The position numbers were made by a program, and so were the translations under genes. This document shows positions 15,150 to 24,518 of a stretch of DNA of 38,469 nucleotides, piece after piece. Source of the DNA: a virus. Its lineage: Duplodnaviria > Caudoviricetes. Location: positions 1 through 38,469 of the IMG/VR virus record IMGVR_UViG_3300031184_000005. One strand, written 5' to 3'. Below the pieces are notes generated by a model that saw nothing but the letters and a program-made list of their open reading frames with translations, was not told where the DNA came from and ran no database searches. Each line of letters begins with the position of its first letter. The first letter of the stretch is position 1.

Positions 15150-18023
15150 CTACAGGGATCGGATCGTGGGCCGCCACAGGCGCACCTCGGCGCCCGCGTC
15201 GACGGTCTTGTTGATGCCGTTGGCGATCGTGGCCGACACCGTGAACGTCTGCACCGTCCCCGCGGGCGCGCCGATCGCCGAGACCGTGACCTGCGCCCCG
15301 GCGACGTTGACGTCGAAGGGGAACTCGCCGGCGTCGGTGGTCCACGCCAGCCCGCGGGTCACGTCCACGTCCATCGACGTGTCGGTGCCGGCGTCGAAGT
15401 CGGCGTCGAGCACGGAGCCGTCGGTGTCGCGCTTGGCGAGGGCGTCGTCCTCACGCACACCGACCTGCCACGCCCCGGCCGGCCGGCCGTTCGGTTTCAT
15501 GACCACCAGGAACGGCGAGATCGTCTCGGTCCACCCGTCGACCACCTGCGCCACCTCGGTGGTCACCAGGTCGGCCGGCACCGATGTGGCCTCGATGACG
15601 TCGCCCACGTTGAACCCGTCGAAGGTGTCGAGCGTCGCCTCATCGGCGGTGTCGAGGTTGACCGTCAGTTGGTCGTAGCGCTCCTCCGGCCACGTCGCCT
15701 CGTGCAGCCACCACGACGCCTGATCGGCGACGTGCAGGTCCGACATCACGTTCACGGTGCGGGCCGCCTCGTAGAGCACACCGATCCCCGAGCCCGCGGG
15801 GTCAGGGTCATCCGCGCCCGTGGCGGTCAGTTCGATCTGCGACCCCTGGTCACGGGCCACGGTCACCCGGTTCACGTAGTCACGGTCGTCGTCATTGGGG
15901 ACCAGATCCCCCACCTCGTCGGTCAGCGACAGCGCAGCCGCCTGGTTCCGCAGGGTCGCACCCGACCGGTACGAGATCCCCAACAGGTCGAACGGCTCCC
16001 CCACATACCCCTGATCGGCGACCGCGGCCTCTTCCAACAGCTCGAGCAGCGGCTTGGGCCGCTGCGGCCCCAATGCGACAGCACCCGCGGCGATCGACGC
16101 TGGCCATCCGGTGGTGGTGCCCTGCAAGTGCGGGCCGTCGACGACGACGGGGACCTGTTCCTCCCGGCACAGCCGGAACACCCGGGCCGGCGCGGGTTCA
16201 CCCGCATACGCGGTGTCGGCCGGTGCCAGCCACCCCGCGACAGCGCCGGTCGTGATGATGAAGTGGCCGACCGACAGGCCCTCTTGGGCGGCGGAGTCTT
16301 CGAGGGTCCGCAGGCCGACCGGCCGGCCGGCGTGGAGGCCCAGCGACGCGAGGGTGCCGTCGTCGCCGAACACCGACCCGAGGTCCAGGGGGATGATGTC
16401 GACGTCCCAGGTGATGTCGGTCCCGGACAGGCCGATGGCGAGCTGGACGATCATCCAGGTCCCGAACATGCCGGGATCGGCCGGGAACGTGGCGGACAGG
16501 ACGTTCGTGCCGTCGAGGTCCTTGGCGAACACCGACACGTTGGTGTCGTCGATCCGTAGGACCCACTGCGACGTGGCGCCGCCCATGCAGTCGATGCGTT
16601 GCAGGTCGATGTACTCCGACGCCCCCGCATCCGGGGCGACAGGGATCCCGTACAGGCCCGTGTACTCCCACGTGTCGGTCGGGGCGAGCGGGGGTAGCGC
16701 CAGGTTCCACCCGTACGGCTGGCCACCGCCGATCGTGGGGAGCGCTTCGGAGGCGGGGAGCGTGTTGTCCCCGGCGAGGCCCATGGCCATGATCCCGCCG
16801 TCGACCCCGCCGACCGTGTAGATCGACGTTGCTTCGCGGCCGTCTTCGAGCGGCCAGTACGCGTAGAGGGTGGTGTCGGTGGTGGGGTTGGTGATCCGCC
16901 GGTAGAGGGCGGAACGGAGCGGTTTGGCGCCTTGGCGCAGGCGTCGCAACGGGCCCGCCGCGGTGATGGTGCGCTGCGCTGTCCCGTCGACCGCTTTGCC
17001 CGGGTAGGTGCCCTGGTTGGACCCGTACTCGCCGAGCAGGCGCGCTTTGCGGTCGGTGATCTCGGCGGGCGCGGCGATCGTCCACGTCTTGGGGGTGGCG
17101 GCGTCGTCGGCGAACGACGTGGTGCCTGGTGCCTCGGCGGTGAAGTCGGCGTCGACCGCGATCGTCCCCGAGTCCAACGTCCCCGCCCGGATGAACACCC
17201 GTTCGATGCCGCCTGGGTACGGGGAGAACCCGGAGTTGGCGAGCGACCCCAGCTCGACGACCGCGGTCGACGAGAAGATCGACGTGGTCCCGCTGTTGAT
17301 GTCGGGGTCGCCGAACAGGTACGCGGCCTTGTCGGCGAGAAGGTCAGTGATGGTCCCTTTGAGGACGTAGAAGGTGGTGGTGTTGCCTGATGCGCCGTTG
17401 TCGACGTCGAACTCCATCGCCCAGGTGAGCGACCCGGCGGTGGGAGTGGGGACGGCGAGGGACGTGACCGCTTCGCCGGTGGTGTTGGTCCCGTCCGCTG
17501 ACCACTGCCAGTTGACGGTGCCGGTCTGTCCGCCGAGGACCCGCCAGGATCGCTGACCGGCGGCGCCCCATTTCCCGGCGATCTCGTAGGCGCCGCCCAG
17601 AGCTGCGGGGCGGAGCGGGGCACGGAACTGGATGGCGATGGCGATGTTGCCGACGATGTCGAGCGACGCGGCGTCGGCGGTCGACGCTTTCGACGCGGTC
17701 TCGCCGGTGAGCGCGAGCCAGGATGCCCCGGCGTGCTGGGAGTAGCGCAGGACCATCCCGCGGCCGATCCCGGGGTACCAGTCCCCGTCCGCTTTGCGGG
17801 GGGTGAGCGACCCGAGGGTGACGCCGGTGTCACCGCCGCCGTTGCGCATCGGGAACGACGCGCCCGACGGGTCCGCGGTGCCCGAGCTCGACGAGGACCG
17901 CCCGCGGGTGATCGTCACGTTGTTCGACGTGGTCAGGGCGGTGAGGTCGACCCAGTCCCAGGAGAGGGGGTCGGCTGAGCGGTCGGGGTTGAACGCCCCT
18001 TCGAGCTTGCCGGGTACGGCCAT
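15150..18023 (-). CDS. Large tail tip/baseplate protein with LamG-like regions
   Basis: 957 aa immediately after the TMP; ITRGR N-terminus, ASTADAASLDI and AYWPLEDG motifs. Confidence 0.8.
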   Translation of the reverse strand: MAVPGKLEGAFNPDRSADPLSWDWVDLTALTTSNNVTITRGRSSSSSGTADPSGASFPMRNGGGDTGVTLGSLTPRKADGDWYPGIGRGMVLRYSQHAGASWLALTGETASKASTADAASLDIVGNIAIAIQFRAPLRPAALGGAYEIAGKWGAAGQRSWRVLGGQTGTVNWQWSADGTNTTGEAVTSLAVPTPTAGSLTWAMEFDVDNGASGNTTTFYVLKGTITDLLADKAAYLFGDPDINSGTTSIFSSTAVVELGSLANSGFSPYPGGIERVFIRAGTLDSGTIAVDADFTAEAPGTTSFADDAATPKTWTIAAPAEITDRKARLLGEYGSNQGTYPGKAVDGTAQRTITAAGPLRRLRQGAKPLRSALYRRITNPTTDTTLYAYWPLEDGREATSIYTVGGVDGGIMAMGLAGDNTLPASEALPTIGGGQPYGWNLALPPLAPTDTWEYTGLYGIPVAPDAGASEYIDLQRIDCMGGATSQWVLRIDDTNVSVFAKDLDGTNVLSATFPADPGMFGTWMIVQLAIGLSGTDITWDVDIIPLDLGSVFGDDGTLASLGLHAGRPVGLRTLEDSAAQEGLSVGHFIITTGAVAGWLAPADTAYAGEPAPARVFRLCREEQVPVVVDGPHLQGTTTGWPASIAAGAVALGPQRPKPLLELLEEAAVADQGYVGEPFDLLGISYRSGATLRNQAAALSLTDEVGDLVPNDDDRDYVNRVTVARDQGSQIELTATGADDPDPAGSGIGVLYEAARTVNVMSDLHVADQASWWLHEATWPEERYDQLTVNLDTADEATLDTFDGFNVGDVIEATSVPADLVTTEVAQVVDGWTETISPFLVVMKPNGRPAGAWQVGVREDDALAKRDTDGSVLDADFDAGTDTSMDVDVTRGLAWTTDAGEFPFDVNVAGAQVTVSAIGAPAGTVQTFTVSATIANGINKTVDAGAEVRLWRPTIRSL

Positions 18024-19921
18024 CAGTTCCAGCCGAGGCCGCGCTGGACGTTGCCGCCGTGTTCGAAGCGGATGCGTTCCCGGAAGTAGTCGAACAGGGC
18101 GCGGTCGAGCGGGGACCCGTCGCCCTGGTAGACGAGCGTCGGTGCGGCGGCTGCGCCCATCGCGCCGCCGCCGAGCATGTTCAGGATCTCGCGCTGCTGG
18201 GGCTTGTTGAACACGGCCTCACCCGGGGTCAGCCAGGCGGGCACGGTGTCTGTGCCCCGCGGGCCGCCGGGGTGCATCCCCCCGCCGAGGCCACCCGCGG
18301 CCAGGTATTCGGGCACCCGGCCACCGCCGGCGAACCCCAGGTAGCTGGAGAAGTTCCGGGCCGCCGAGTTGAGCACGGCGTTGAGGTTCACCGTCGCCGA
18401 CTGGCCGTCCAACTCACGCAGCCGGTTCCCGACCGAGATGACCTTCCCCGACGCGTTGTCGTTGGCCCGCAGGGTCGCCGTGCGGGTCCCCTGGATGCGG
18501 TTGGCCTCGTCGGCGGCGTTCTCGAACCGGGTCGCCATCCGCCTCGCCTGGCCTTCGGTGATCGACCCCTGCTGCCGCCACCGCTCCAGGGCGTTGCGGG
18601 CGTTCGCCAGCGAGGCGGGGTGCTCTTTGATCTGCGCGGTCAGGGTCGACTCGGCCGACTCCAGGTCAGCGGCGGACATGACGGCGTCGTCCTGGGCGTC
18701 GTTGAGCGTCCGCAGCGCCTCCGCGGCCTCAGAGCTGCCCTCACCGTGCTTGTTCACCGCGTCGTGGTAGGCGAGGACCGCCTCGTTGACCGACGCCTGC
18801 GAGTCGCGCTGCTGGTTCATGGCGTCCAACATCCCGAACAGGGGATCGGTCGCGGCCCGCACCGCGTCGTTCATCCCGCGCACCGCGTCGGCGTTGGCCT
18901 CCATCGCCTTCGTCATCCGCTCGGTCGCGGTCGTGTTCTCGTCGGTGGCGTCCGTTGCCGTCCCGGTGATCTTCGCCTCGCGGTCGAGCGCCTCGTTCTT
19001 CGTGTCGATCTGGGCCTGGAGCGCCGCCGCGGTCTCCTCGTTCAGGCCCATGGCGACGGCCTGGTCCAGCCACGCCTGCGCCAGCTTCGGGGACTGCTCG
19101 ACCATCTTGTCGAACGCCGCCCGGGCCCGGTCGCCCGCCAAGCCGACATCGTCCATCTCGTCGACCATCACCTTCGCGGCCTCGCCGGTCTCGAGGAACG
19201 ACTCGATGATCTTGTCGAGGCTGGCTTCCTTGCGGGCGTCGCCAATCTCCTTGATGGCCAGGGCGATCCCCGCCACACCCAGCGCGGCGCCGGCCCCGAT
19301 CGCGGCCTTGCCCACACCCCCCAGGTCGGCGGTGAACGCCTTCATCCCCCCGGCCTGGAACTTGTCCTTCAACCCTGACGCTGTCTTGCCCACCGACTGC
19401 AACGAGGGGACCACGAAGTTGTACATCGACGAGCCCATGTCCGACGCCACCATGGCCTGCTCTTGCAGGGTGAGCTTGTTCCACTTGGCCGCGTCGGTGA
19501 GCCCGGCGAACCCGTCGGCCAGGCCCATGGCGCGGGTGTCGAGCTCGTCCATGCGGTCACCGACGCCGCCGATGCCGGTCCCGTATTCGCCGAACGCCCG
19601 GCCGCCTTCGCCGACAAACTTGTTGGTCCGGCTGGTGCTGCCGCCCATCCGGTCGAGGGCCTGGTCTGCACCCTTGGCGTCGGCGGTCAGGTCGCGTAGG
19701 CCGTTGCCTGCGGCGTCGCTGGCCTGACCAACGCTCTTGATGTCGCCTTCGGCCTTCGACGCGGACCGGGCAGTGTCGTCGAGCCCTTTGGACGCCGCGT
19801 CGAGGGGCCGCGCCGCGTCCTTGGCCGAGTCGCCGAGGCTCTTGATGCCCTTCGCAGCGGAGTCGATGGCGCCGCCGCTGTCGTCGGTGCCGGTCAGGCG
19901 GATTTCGATGGGGTCGACCAC
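18023..19921 (-). CDS. Tape measure protein
   Basis: Ala-rich helical 632 aa after the tail chaperones; FAGGG...GTDTVPAWLTPGE motif. Confidence 0.85.
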   Translation of the reverse strand: MVDPIEIRLTGTDDSGGAIDSAAKGIKSLGDSAKDAARPLDAASKGLDDTARSASKAEGDIKSVGQASDAAGNGLRDLTADAKGADQALDRMGGSTSRTNKFVGEGGRAFGEYGTGIGGVGDRMDELDTRAMGLADGFAGLTDAAKWNKLTLQEQAMVASDMGSSMYNFVVPSLQSVGKTASGLKDKFQAGGMKAFTADLGGVGKAAIGAGAALGVAGIALAIKEIGDARKEASLDKIIESFLETGEAAKVMVDEMDDVGLAGDRARAAFDKMVEQSPKLAQAWLDQAVAMGLNEETAAALQAQIDTKNEALDREAKITGTATDATDENTTATERMTKAMEANADAVRGMNDAVRAATDPLFGMLDAMNQQRDSQASVNEAVLAYHDAVNKHGEGSSEAAEALRTLNDAQDDAVMSAADLESAESTLTAQIKEHPASLANARNALERWRQQGSITEGQARRMATRFENAADEANRIQGTRTATLRANDNASGKVISVGNRLRELDGQSATVNLNAVLNSAARNFSSYLGFAGGGRVPEYLAAGGLGGGMHPGGPRGTDTVPAWLTPGEAVFNKPQQREILNMLGGGAMGAAAAPTLVYQGDGSPLDRALFDYFRERIRFEHGGNVQRGLGWN

Positions 19922-19932
19922 GTCAGGTCACC

Positions 19933-20169
19933 TCAGCCATGGAGCGCCACCACTTCGGCGCCCGCGTCCTCGTTGAGCGGTGCCTTCATGGCCTGCTCCA
20001 ACGCCAACAGGCGCACCAGCCCGGTCCCCTCGGCCCGTAGCTCGCTGAGCTTGTACTGGGGGAAGGCGCGGAGCAGGTTCAGGAGCATGAGTGGCCCGGT
20101 CAGCTCGCCAGGGGCGTCGCGGGGATCTCCGCCAGAGGCGCGCCACCGTTCGATGGCTGCTCGAAAGGG
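19933..20169 (-). CDS. Tail assembly chaperone frameshift extension (GT-like)
   Basis: The -1 frame is open from the slippery site to the stop at 19933 (PFRAAIERW...LRAFPQYKLSELRAE...). Confidence 0.7.
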   Translation of the reverse strand, partial: PFRAAIERWRASGGDPRDAPGELTGPLMLLNLLRAFPQYKLSELRAEGTGLVRLLALEQAMKAPLNEDAGAEVVALHG

Positions 20170-20504
20170 TCGGCGAGACCCACCTGCGCGTCGATCCACG
20201 CGTCGATGATGTGCCGGCGTAGCCGCCACGGCAGGTCGTTGAGGCTCTCGGCGGTGATCGGGAGCGGGACGGGCGGGTCGGAGCGGGGGACGTCGAGGTT
20301 CCACGACACGATCGCTGAGGCGACTATGCCGTTCATCTCGGCGACGTGGACCATGTTCTCGTCGCGGAGCAGGTTGCGGTCCCCGGACATGAGCCACAGC
20401 ACCCGGGTGTAGGTGTCGATGTCGACCTCGCGGGCGGTCACTTCGAGCTCGTCGAGCTTGGGGTGGTTGAACACGAGGTCGACGGTGTCGTCGTAGGCGA
20501 CCAT
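20100..20504 (-). CDS. Tail assembly chaperone (G-like)
   Basis: Between tail tube and TMP; IVSWNL motif. Confidence 0.8.
   Translation of the reverse strand: MVAYDDTVDLVFNHPKLDELEVTAREVDIDTYTRVLWLMSGDRNLLRDENMVHVAEMNGIVASAIVSWNLDVPRSDPPVPLPITAESLNDLPWRLRRHIIDAWIDAQVGLADPFEQPSNGGAPLAEIPATPLAS
20163..20169 (-). other. Programmed -1 frameshift slippery heptamer C CCT TTC
   Basis: X XXY YYZ pattern in the correct phase (GAC CCT TTC), with the -1 frame open. Confidence 0.75.
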
Positions 20505-20510
20505 CAGGGG

Positions 20511-20930
20511 TCAGCTCCAGGTGGGCAGCAGCCCGTTGGCGAGCGACATGGGCGCGGTCCACGTGAACTCGCCCGACTGCGCCCGCGTGTACGGGAAGTC
20601 GGTCACCACGAACGTCAGGACCGGCGACGACCCGATCGTCTGACCCGAGACCGTGATCACCGACTCCCGGTTCACCGACGTCGACGGGACCGTCTTGAAC
20701 ACGACATGCGCCAAGTTGGCGCCGTCGTCGAACACCCCAGCCGGGGTCTGGGTCATGTCCGCCAGCAACAGCAGGCGCTCCATGGCCGACTTGTCCAGGC
20801 CCGTGATGTCCTGCACCGCCCGCGGCGTCGCGAACGACAGGGACGTGGTGTCGGTGCGGATGTCCTGGAGGGCACCGCTCGAGTCGTCGACCTGGTAGGT
20901 GGTCCACCCCAGGCCGCTTTCCTTGGCCAT
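20511..20930 (-). CDS. Major tail (tube) protein
   Basis: Strong AAGGAG RBS, directly upstream of the chaperone; beta-rich 139 aa. Confidence 0.7.
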   Translation of the reverse strand: MAKESGLGWTTYQVDDSSGALQDIRTDTTSLSFATPRAVQDITGLDKSAMERLLLLADMTQTPAGVFDDGANLAHVVFKTVPSTSVNRESVITVSGQTIGSSPVLTFVVTDFPYTRAQSGEFTWTAPMSLANGLLPTWS

Positions 20931-20951
20931 CGCTTCGTCTCCTTGGGTTGG

Positions 20952-21542
20952 TCAGCCCCGCTGGTGGGCGGTGGCCAGCTTGTCCTGGTGGTTGGCGAAC
21001 TCGTCGACCCAGTCGTCGGCGCTGGCGTGGCGGCGCATGAGCCCGCGGGGGTTCCCGCGCAGGTCTCCGCCCCGCACCACGTACAGCTCGGGCCGGTTGA
21101 TCGTGACCCGATGCTGCGTGAAGCACGGTGTGCCCGCGGCGAACGCGTAGGTCTCGGTGCCCGACCCGTCGACGGTGAGCGTGTACCGGCCATGGATGCG
21201 GGCGGCGACGACGGGCGACAGGCGCGCCCCGGCGGGCCGGCACGAGGAACGGATGCGCCGCGCCCACGCCCGGCCGGCGGGGGTGGGCGGGCAGACGTAC
21301 TCGTATCCGTCGCGTTGGGCGGCACAGCCGATCTCGACGCACGTCGCGGGGCGGGTGTGGGTGGGGCGGGGGGAGACGACCTGGAACGTCGTCACCGCGG
21401 AGGGCGGCACCGACGCGATGCCGATGGGTGACCCGTCGGGCCGGCGTGTGACGAACGCCTGGAGGGCACGCTGCCGGGCGATCCCCGCCAGTCCCTGGAG
21501 CGGGTCGAGCAGGTCGGGGGTGACGTCATCGTCGGGGCCCAT
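20952..21542 (-). CDS. Conserved hypothetical protein in tail module
   Basis: RPATCVEIGC...GTPCF..H...RPELYVVRGGD.RGNP motifs. Confidence 0.7.
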   Translation of the reverse strand: MGPDDDVTPDLLDPLQGLAGIARQRALQAFVTRRPDGSPIGIASVPPSAVTTFQVVSPRPTHTRPATCVEIGCAAQRDGYEYVCPPTPAGRAWARRIRSSCRPAGARLSPVVAARIHGRYTLTVDGSGTETYAFAAGTPCFTQHRVTINRPELYVVRGGDLRGNPRGLMRRHASADDWVDEFANHQDKLATAHQRG

Positions 21543-22306
21543 CACGCGGCCTGGAACTGGGTGGCGGTGACGTTGCGGGTGAAGGCCACGCCGAACACGG
21601 CGTTGGAGAACGTCCCGGTCGTGTTGACCTTCATGTACCGGCGCACCGTCGCCGTGCGGCCGCCTTCGAGGCGCTGCGACGTGATGGCGGTGGCGGCGGT
21701 GAACGCCCCGCCGGTCAGGTCGGTGAACGCCGAGTTGTTGGCCGAGTCCTGGATGGTGACGGTGACGCTGGTCCCGGTGAACGCGAAGACGTGGAGCCAG
21801 GCCTGCCAGCCGAGCGTCGTGGAGGCCCCGCCGTCGGCGTTGAAGTCGACGCCGGTGGCGGGGGCGGTGGCGGTGGTGTCGGTGCGCTTCCCCGCGGTGA
21901 GGAGGTGCCCCCATTCGGCGCCGTAGCTGCTCCCGGCGAACTCGGCGGAGAACGTGAACGACCCGTCAGCGGCGCGGGTGTAGGTGGTGTTCGGGAGCCG
22001 GTACCGGCCACTGAACGCCGGGTCACCCAACGTCGACCCGCAGATGATCGTGGTGTCGAAGTTGAGGACCTGCGAGAACGCGTTGGCCCTGGTGGTCTGG
22101 AACGCGGAGCCGGCGGTGGGGTTGAAGAACTGCTGGCACGTCACCGACGCGTCACGGGTGAGCGCGAGGCGTTCCATGGCCGACTTGTCGATCCCGGTGA
22201 CGTCCTGGACGCCCTTGGGAGAGGTGATCGACCAGGCGCCGGTGTCGCCCGAGCAGTCGATGCCCGCTATCCACAGGCCTTGGCCGAGGCCGTTGCGCTT
22301 CGTCAC
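21542..22306 (-). CDS. Tail tube paralog with C-terminal beta domain
   Basis: VQDVTGIDKSAMERL and YTRAADGSFTF match the 20511-20930 protein; about 120 aa extra. Confidence 0.7.
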   Translation of the reverse strand: MTKRNGLGQGLWIAGIDCSGDTGAWSITSPKGVQDVTGIDKSAMERLALTRDASVTCQQFFNPTAGSAFQTTRANAFSQVLNFDTTIICGSTLGDPAFSGRYRLPNTTYTRAADGSFTFSAEFAGSSYGAEWGHLLTAGKRTDTTATAPATGVDFNADGGASTTLGWQAWLHVFAFTGTSVTVTIQDSANNSAFTDLTGGAFTAATAITSQRLEGGRTATVRRYMKVNTTGTFSNAVFGVAFTRNVTATQFQAA

Positions 22307-22764
22307 GATGCCTCCGGGAACACGTCGTTGATGATGAGGGGGACGGTCACGTCGAGCAGCCGGTAGAGGGTCCCGCCGATCTCGACCCACCCGAGCCGTA
22401 GTTCGACCGACGTGCCGGCCATGCCGCGCAGGTCGATGACCCGCACCAGGCCGCCCAAGGTGAGGTCGGCGGCGAGGCGGGTGATGAGGTTTCCGGCCTT
22501 GCCCAGCAGCTTCGGGTCGACGGATCCGAGCGGCTGGGACGGGGGCAGGAGGAAGCGGACGGTCCACACGAGCTTCAACGCCGAGACGTTCAGTCCCGTC
22601 GGGGGCCGCGGGTCGCCCGACATGGCCACCAGACACGCCGTGATGCCCTTGCCCGGGGAGTTCGTCGGGTCGAACTCCTGGACCCGCTCGATGCCGCCCA
22701 GCGCCTTCACGTGCGTCGCCAGGGCCTTCTGGATGGCGATGGCCTCGTTCTCACCGAAGGCCAT
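22303..22764 (-). CDS. Tail terminator-like protein
   Basis: Position and size; DLTLGGLV motif. Confidence 0.65.
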   Translation of the reverse strand: MAFGENEAIAIQKALATHVKALGGIERVQEFDPTNSPGKGITACLVAMSGDPRPPTGLNVSALKLVWTVRFLLPPSQPLGSVDPKLLGKAGNLITRLAADLTLGGLVRVIDLRGMAGTSVELRLGWVEIGGTLYRLLDVTVPLIINDVFPEAS

Positions 22765-23156
22765 CAGCCCTGCGCCTTGCGTAGGGCGAGCATGATGTTC
22801 CGCTCGACGAACACCACGGATTCCTTGGCCATGCGTTGGGCGATGGTCCGGAACGTCCGGTAGCCCTTGAACCGGGTCGTCTGGTTGCGCCGGCTAACGC
22901 CTTCCAACCACGGGCCGTACACAACGCCGCCGTCGGTGATGACCCACCCGGGCGGCGTCTTCCTCGCCGCTACCTGGAGCCGGTAGTACGGGGTCTGCTT
23001 GCGCAGCACCTTGTTGAGGCGCTCGTCGACCCAGTCGGCGCCGATCTCCGCCGCTTCCTGCAACCCCTTGTCCAGGCCGTCAGGGATGTCGTTGCCCAAC
23101 TGGGACAGCATGTTGAGCTGCGAGGTCAGGTCCACCTCGATCGACAGGCCGGCCAT
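22764..23156 (-). CDS. Neck/tail completion protein (HK97 gp10-like position)
   Basis: VYGPWLEG...TTRFKGY motif; synteny. Confidence 0.6.
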   Translation of the reverse strand: MAGLSIEVDLTSQLNMLSQLGNDIPDGLDKGLQEAAEIGADWVDERLNKVLRKQTPYYRLQVAARKTPPGWVITDGGVVYGPWLEGVSRRNQTTRFKGYRTFRTIAQRMAKESVVFVERNIMLALRKAQG

Positions 23157-24205
23157 CAGATCGCCACCGGGCCCCTCGACCGGCCGTACCGGTTGCGGAC
23201 CTGCTTGCGGAGCGATTCGACCTGGCGGCCGCCGGTCTCGTGGGCGCCTTCGCCTTCGCCTGTGACGCGGGCGTACCCGGCCTGCTCGTTCTCGATCTGG
23301 GCGATCGCTTCGGCCTTCGCGAGGGACCACACCCCGCCGGGCGGGACCCAGCGGGTCAGGGCTGTGGCGGTGTCGTGCGCCGCTGCGGTGGTCCCCGCCG
23401 CGGCGCGTTCGACGGTGAGGCGCCGGGGGGCGTAGATGTCCGCGGCGGTCAGGTGCGCAGCGAGGCGGGTCCCGTTCCACGCCCGCCGCACAGTCCCCGT
23501 GTTCCCCGAGATCGCCGTCAGCAGCATCGCCTCGGTGTCGATCCACAGTTCCTCACCGACGTGGAACTGGGTGCCGTCGGTGAGGCCGACGGCGTCGTCT
23601 GTGTCGTCGGCGTCGAGCGCAGCCGAGGTGTTCTGTCCCGAGTCGAGGAGGTCACGGCCCGTCACGTTCATGCGTTCGTCCCCGCACCGCAGGAGCGTCC
23701 CCACCCCGACGCGGGAGCTGTCGGTGACGTCCACGCCGGTCTCGCTGGTGTCGAGCGCCTCAGCCAGCGCACCCGCCGGTGAGCTGGTGTCGGCGTAGCC
23801 CCACAGCCCGGTCACGGCGACACGCTTCTGCGTCCCACCGGTGCCCGCGCCGAACGTCGCCCCCGTGTCGACGTCAGCGGCGATCGTCACGTACGGGGGG
23901 CCGGCGTTGCGTGGCTCGAGGATGAGGTCGGCGACCGTCAGCGCTGTGCCACCTGCGGTGATCGACGTCAACGTGATCAGCCCGAACTCTTCGAGCTCCA
24001 GTTCCCAGGCCCGGCCCAGGCCGTCTTGGGGCCAGTCGAAGTAGCGGGTGCCGGTCCACGGGTAGAAGTGGGCGCGGTTGGTGAGCCGTTCGGCCGAGCG
24101 GGACGCGGTCTCGATGGCCTCGTCGACTTGGGTGTCGTCGCGGGCGGTCAGCTTCGAGTCGAGGGCCGCTTTGACGGCTTCCCTCGTGGTGTACCAGTAC
24201 CCCAC
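23156..24205 (-). CDS. Head-to-tail adaptor with inserted domains
   Basis: YTTREAVKAAL...AIETASRSAERLTNR.F and VAVTGLWGY; GGGAGG RBS. Confidence 0.75.
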   Translation of the reverse strand: MGYWYTTREAVKAALDSKLTARDDTQVDEAIETASRSAERLTNRAHFYPWTGTRYFDWPQDGLGRAWELELEEFGLITLTSITAGGTALTVADLILEPRNAGPPYVTIAADVDTGATFGAGTGGTQKRVAVTGLWGYADTSSPAGALAEALDTSETGVDVTDSSRVGVGTLLRCGDERMNVTGRDLLDSGQNTSAALDADDTDDAVGLTDGTQFHVGEELWIDTEAMLLTAISGNTGTVRRAWNGTRLAAHLTAADIYAPRRLTVERAAAGTTAAAHDTATALTRWVPPGGVWSLAKAEAIAQIENEQAGYARVTGEGEGAHETGGRQVESLRKQVRNRYGRSRGPVAI

Positions 24206-24279
24206 GGGTGCCTCCCGGGTTGCGTTCTACCGACTGTCTCAGCGGCGGGGGTGTGCTCGGTTGTGGCGGGAGCGTACCG

Positions 24280-24504
24280 CTACAGGTCTGGGTCGTCGTT
24301 GACCAGGGTCTCGATGAAGTCGAGGGCGGCGGCCTTGTCGGCGAGATCGCCCGAGACGCGCACACCGTTGCCTGAGGACAACGTGCCGTTCACGCGTCAG
24401 GTGACGCCACCGTCCTGGGTGATCGCGGACAGGGTGTGGATGGCGTGCGCGCTGCAGACGCCTTCGACGTCGCCCGTGCTGAAGTCGTAGAGCTTGATCC
24501 ACAT
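24280..24504 (-). pseudogene. 74-codon ORF interrupted by an in-frame TGA (pseudogene, readthrough or sequence error)
   Basis: AGGAG RBS and ATG at 24504; TGA at 24397-24399; the same frame continues with coding-like codons to TAG at 24280. Confidence 0.55.
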
Positions 24505-24518
24505 GAGAGGTCTCCTGG

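Noticed and set aside
24397-24399. Genome-wide UGA recoding or selenocysteine
   Set aside because: TGA is the normal stop for most genes, with ATGA/GTGA coupling. No evident SECIS or redox motif.
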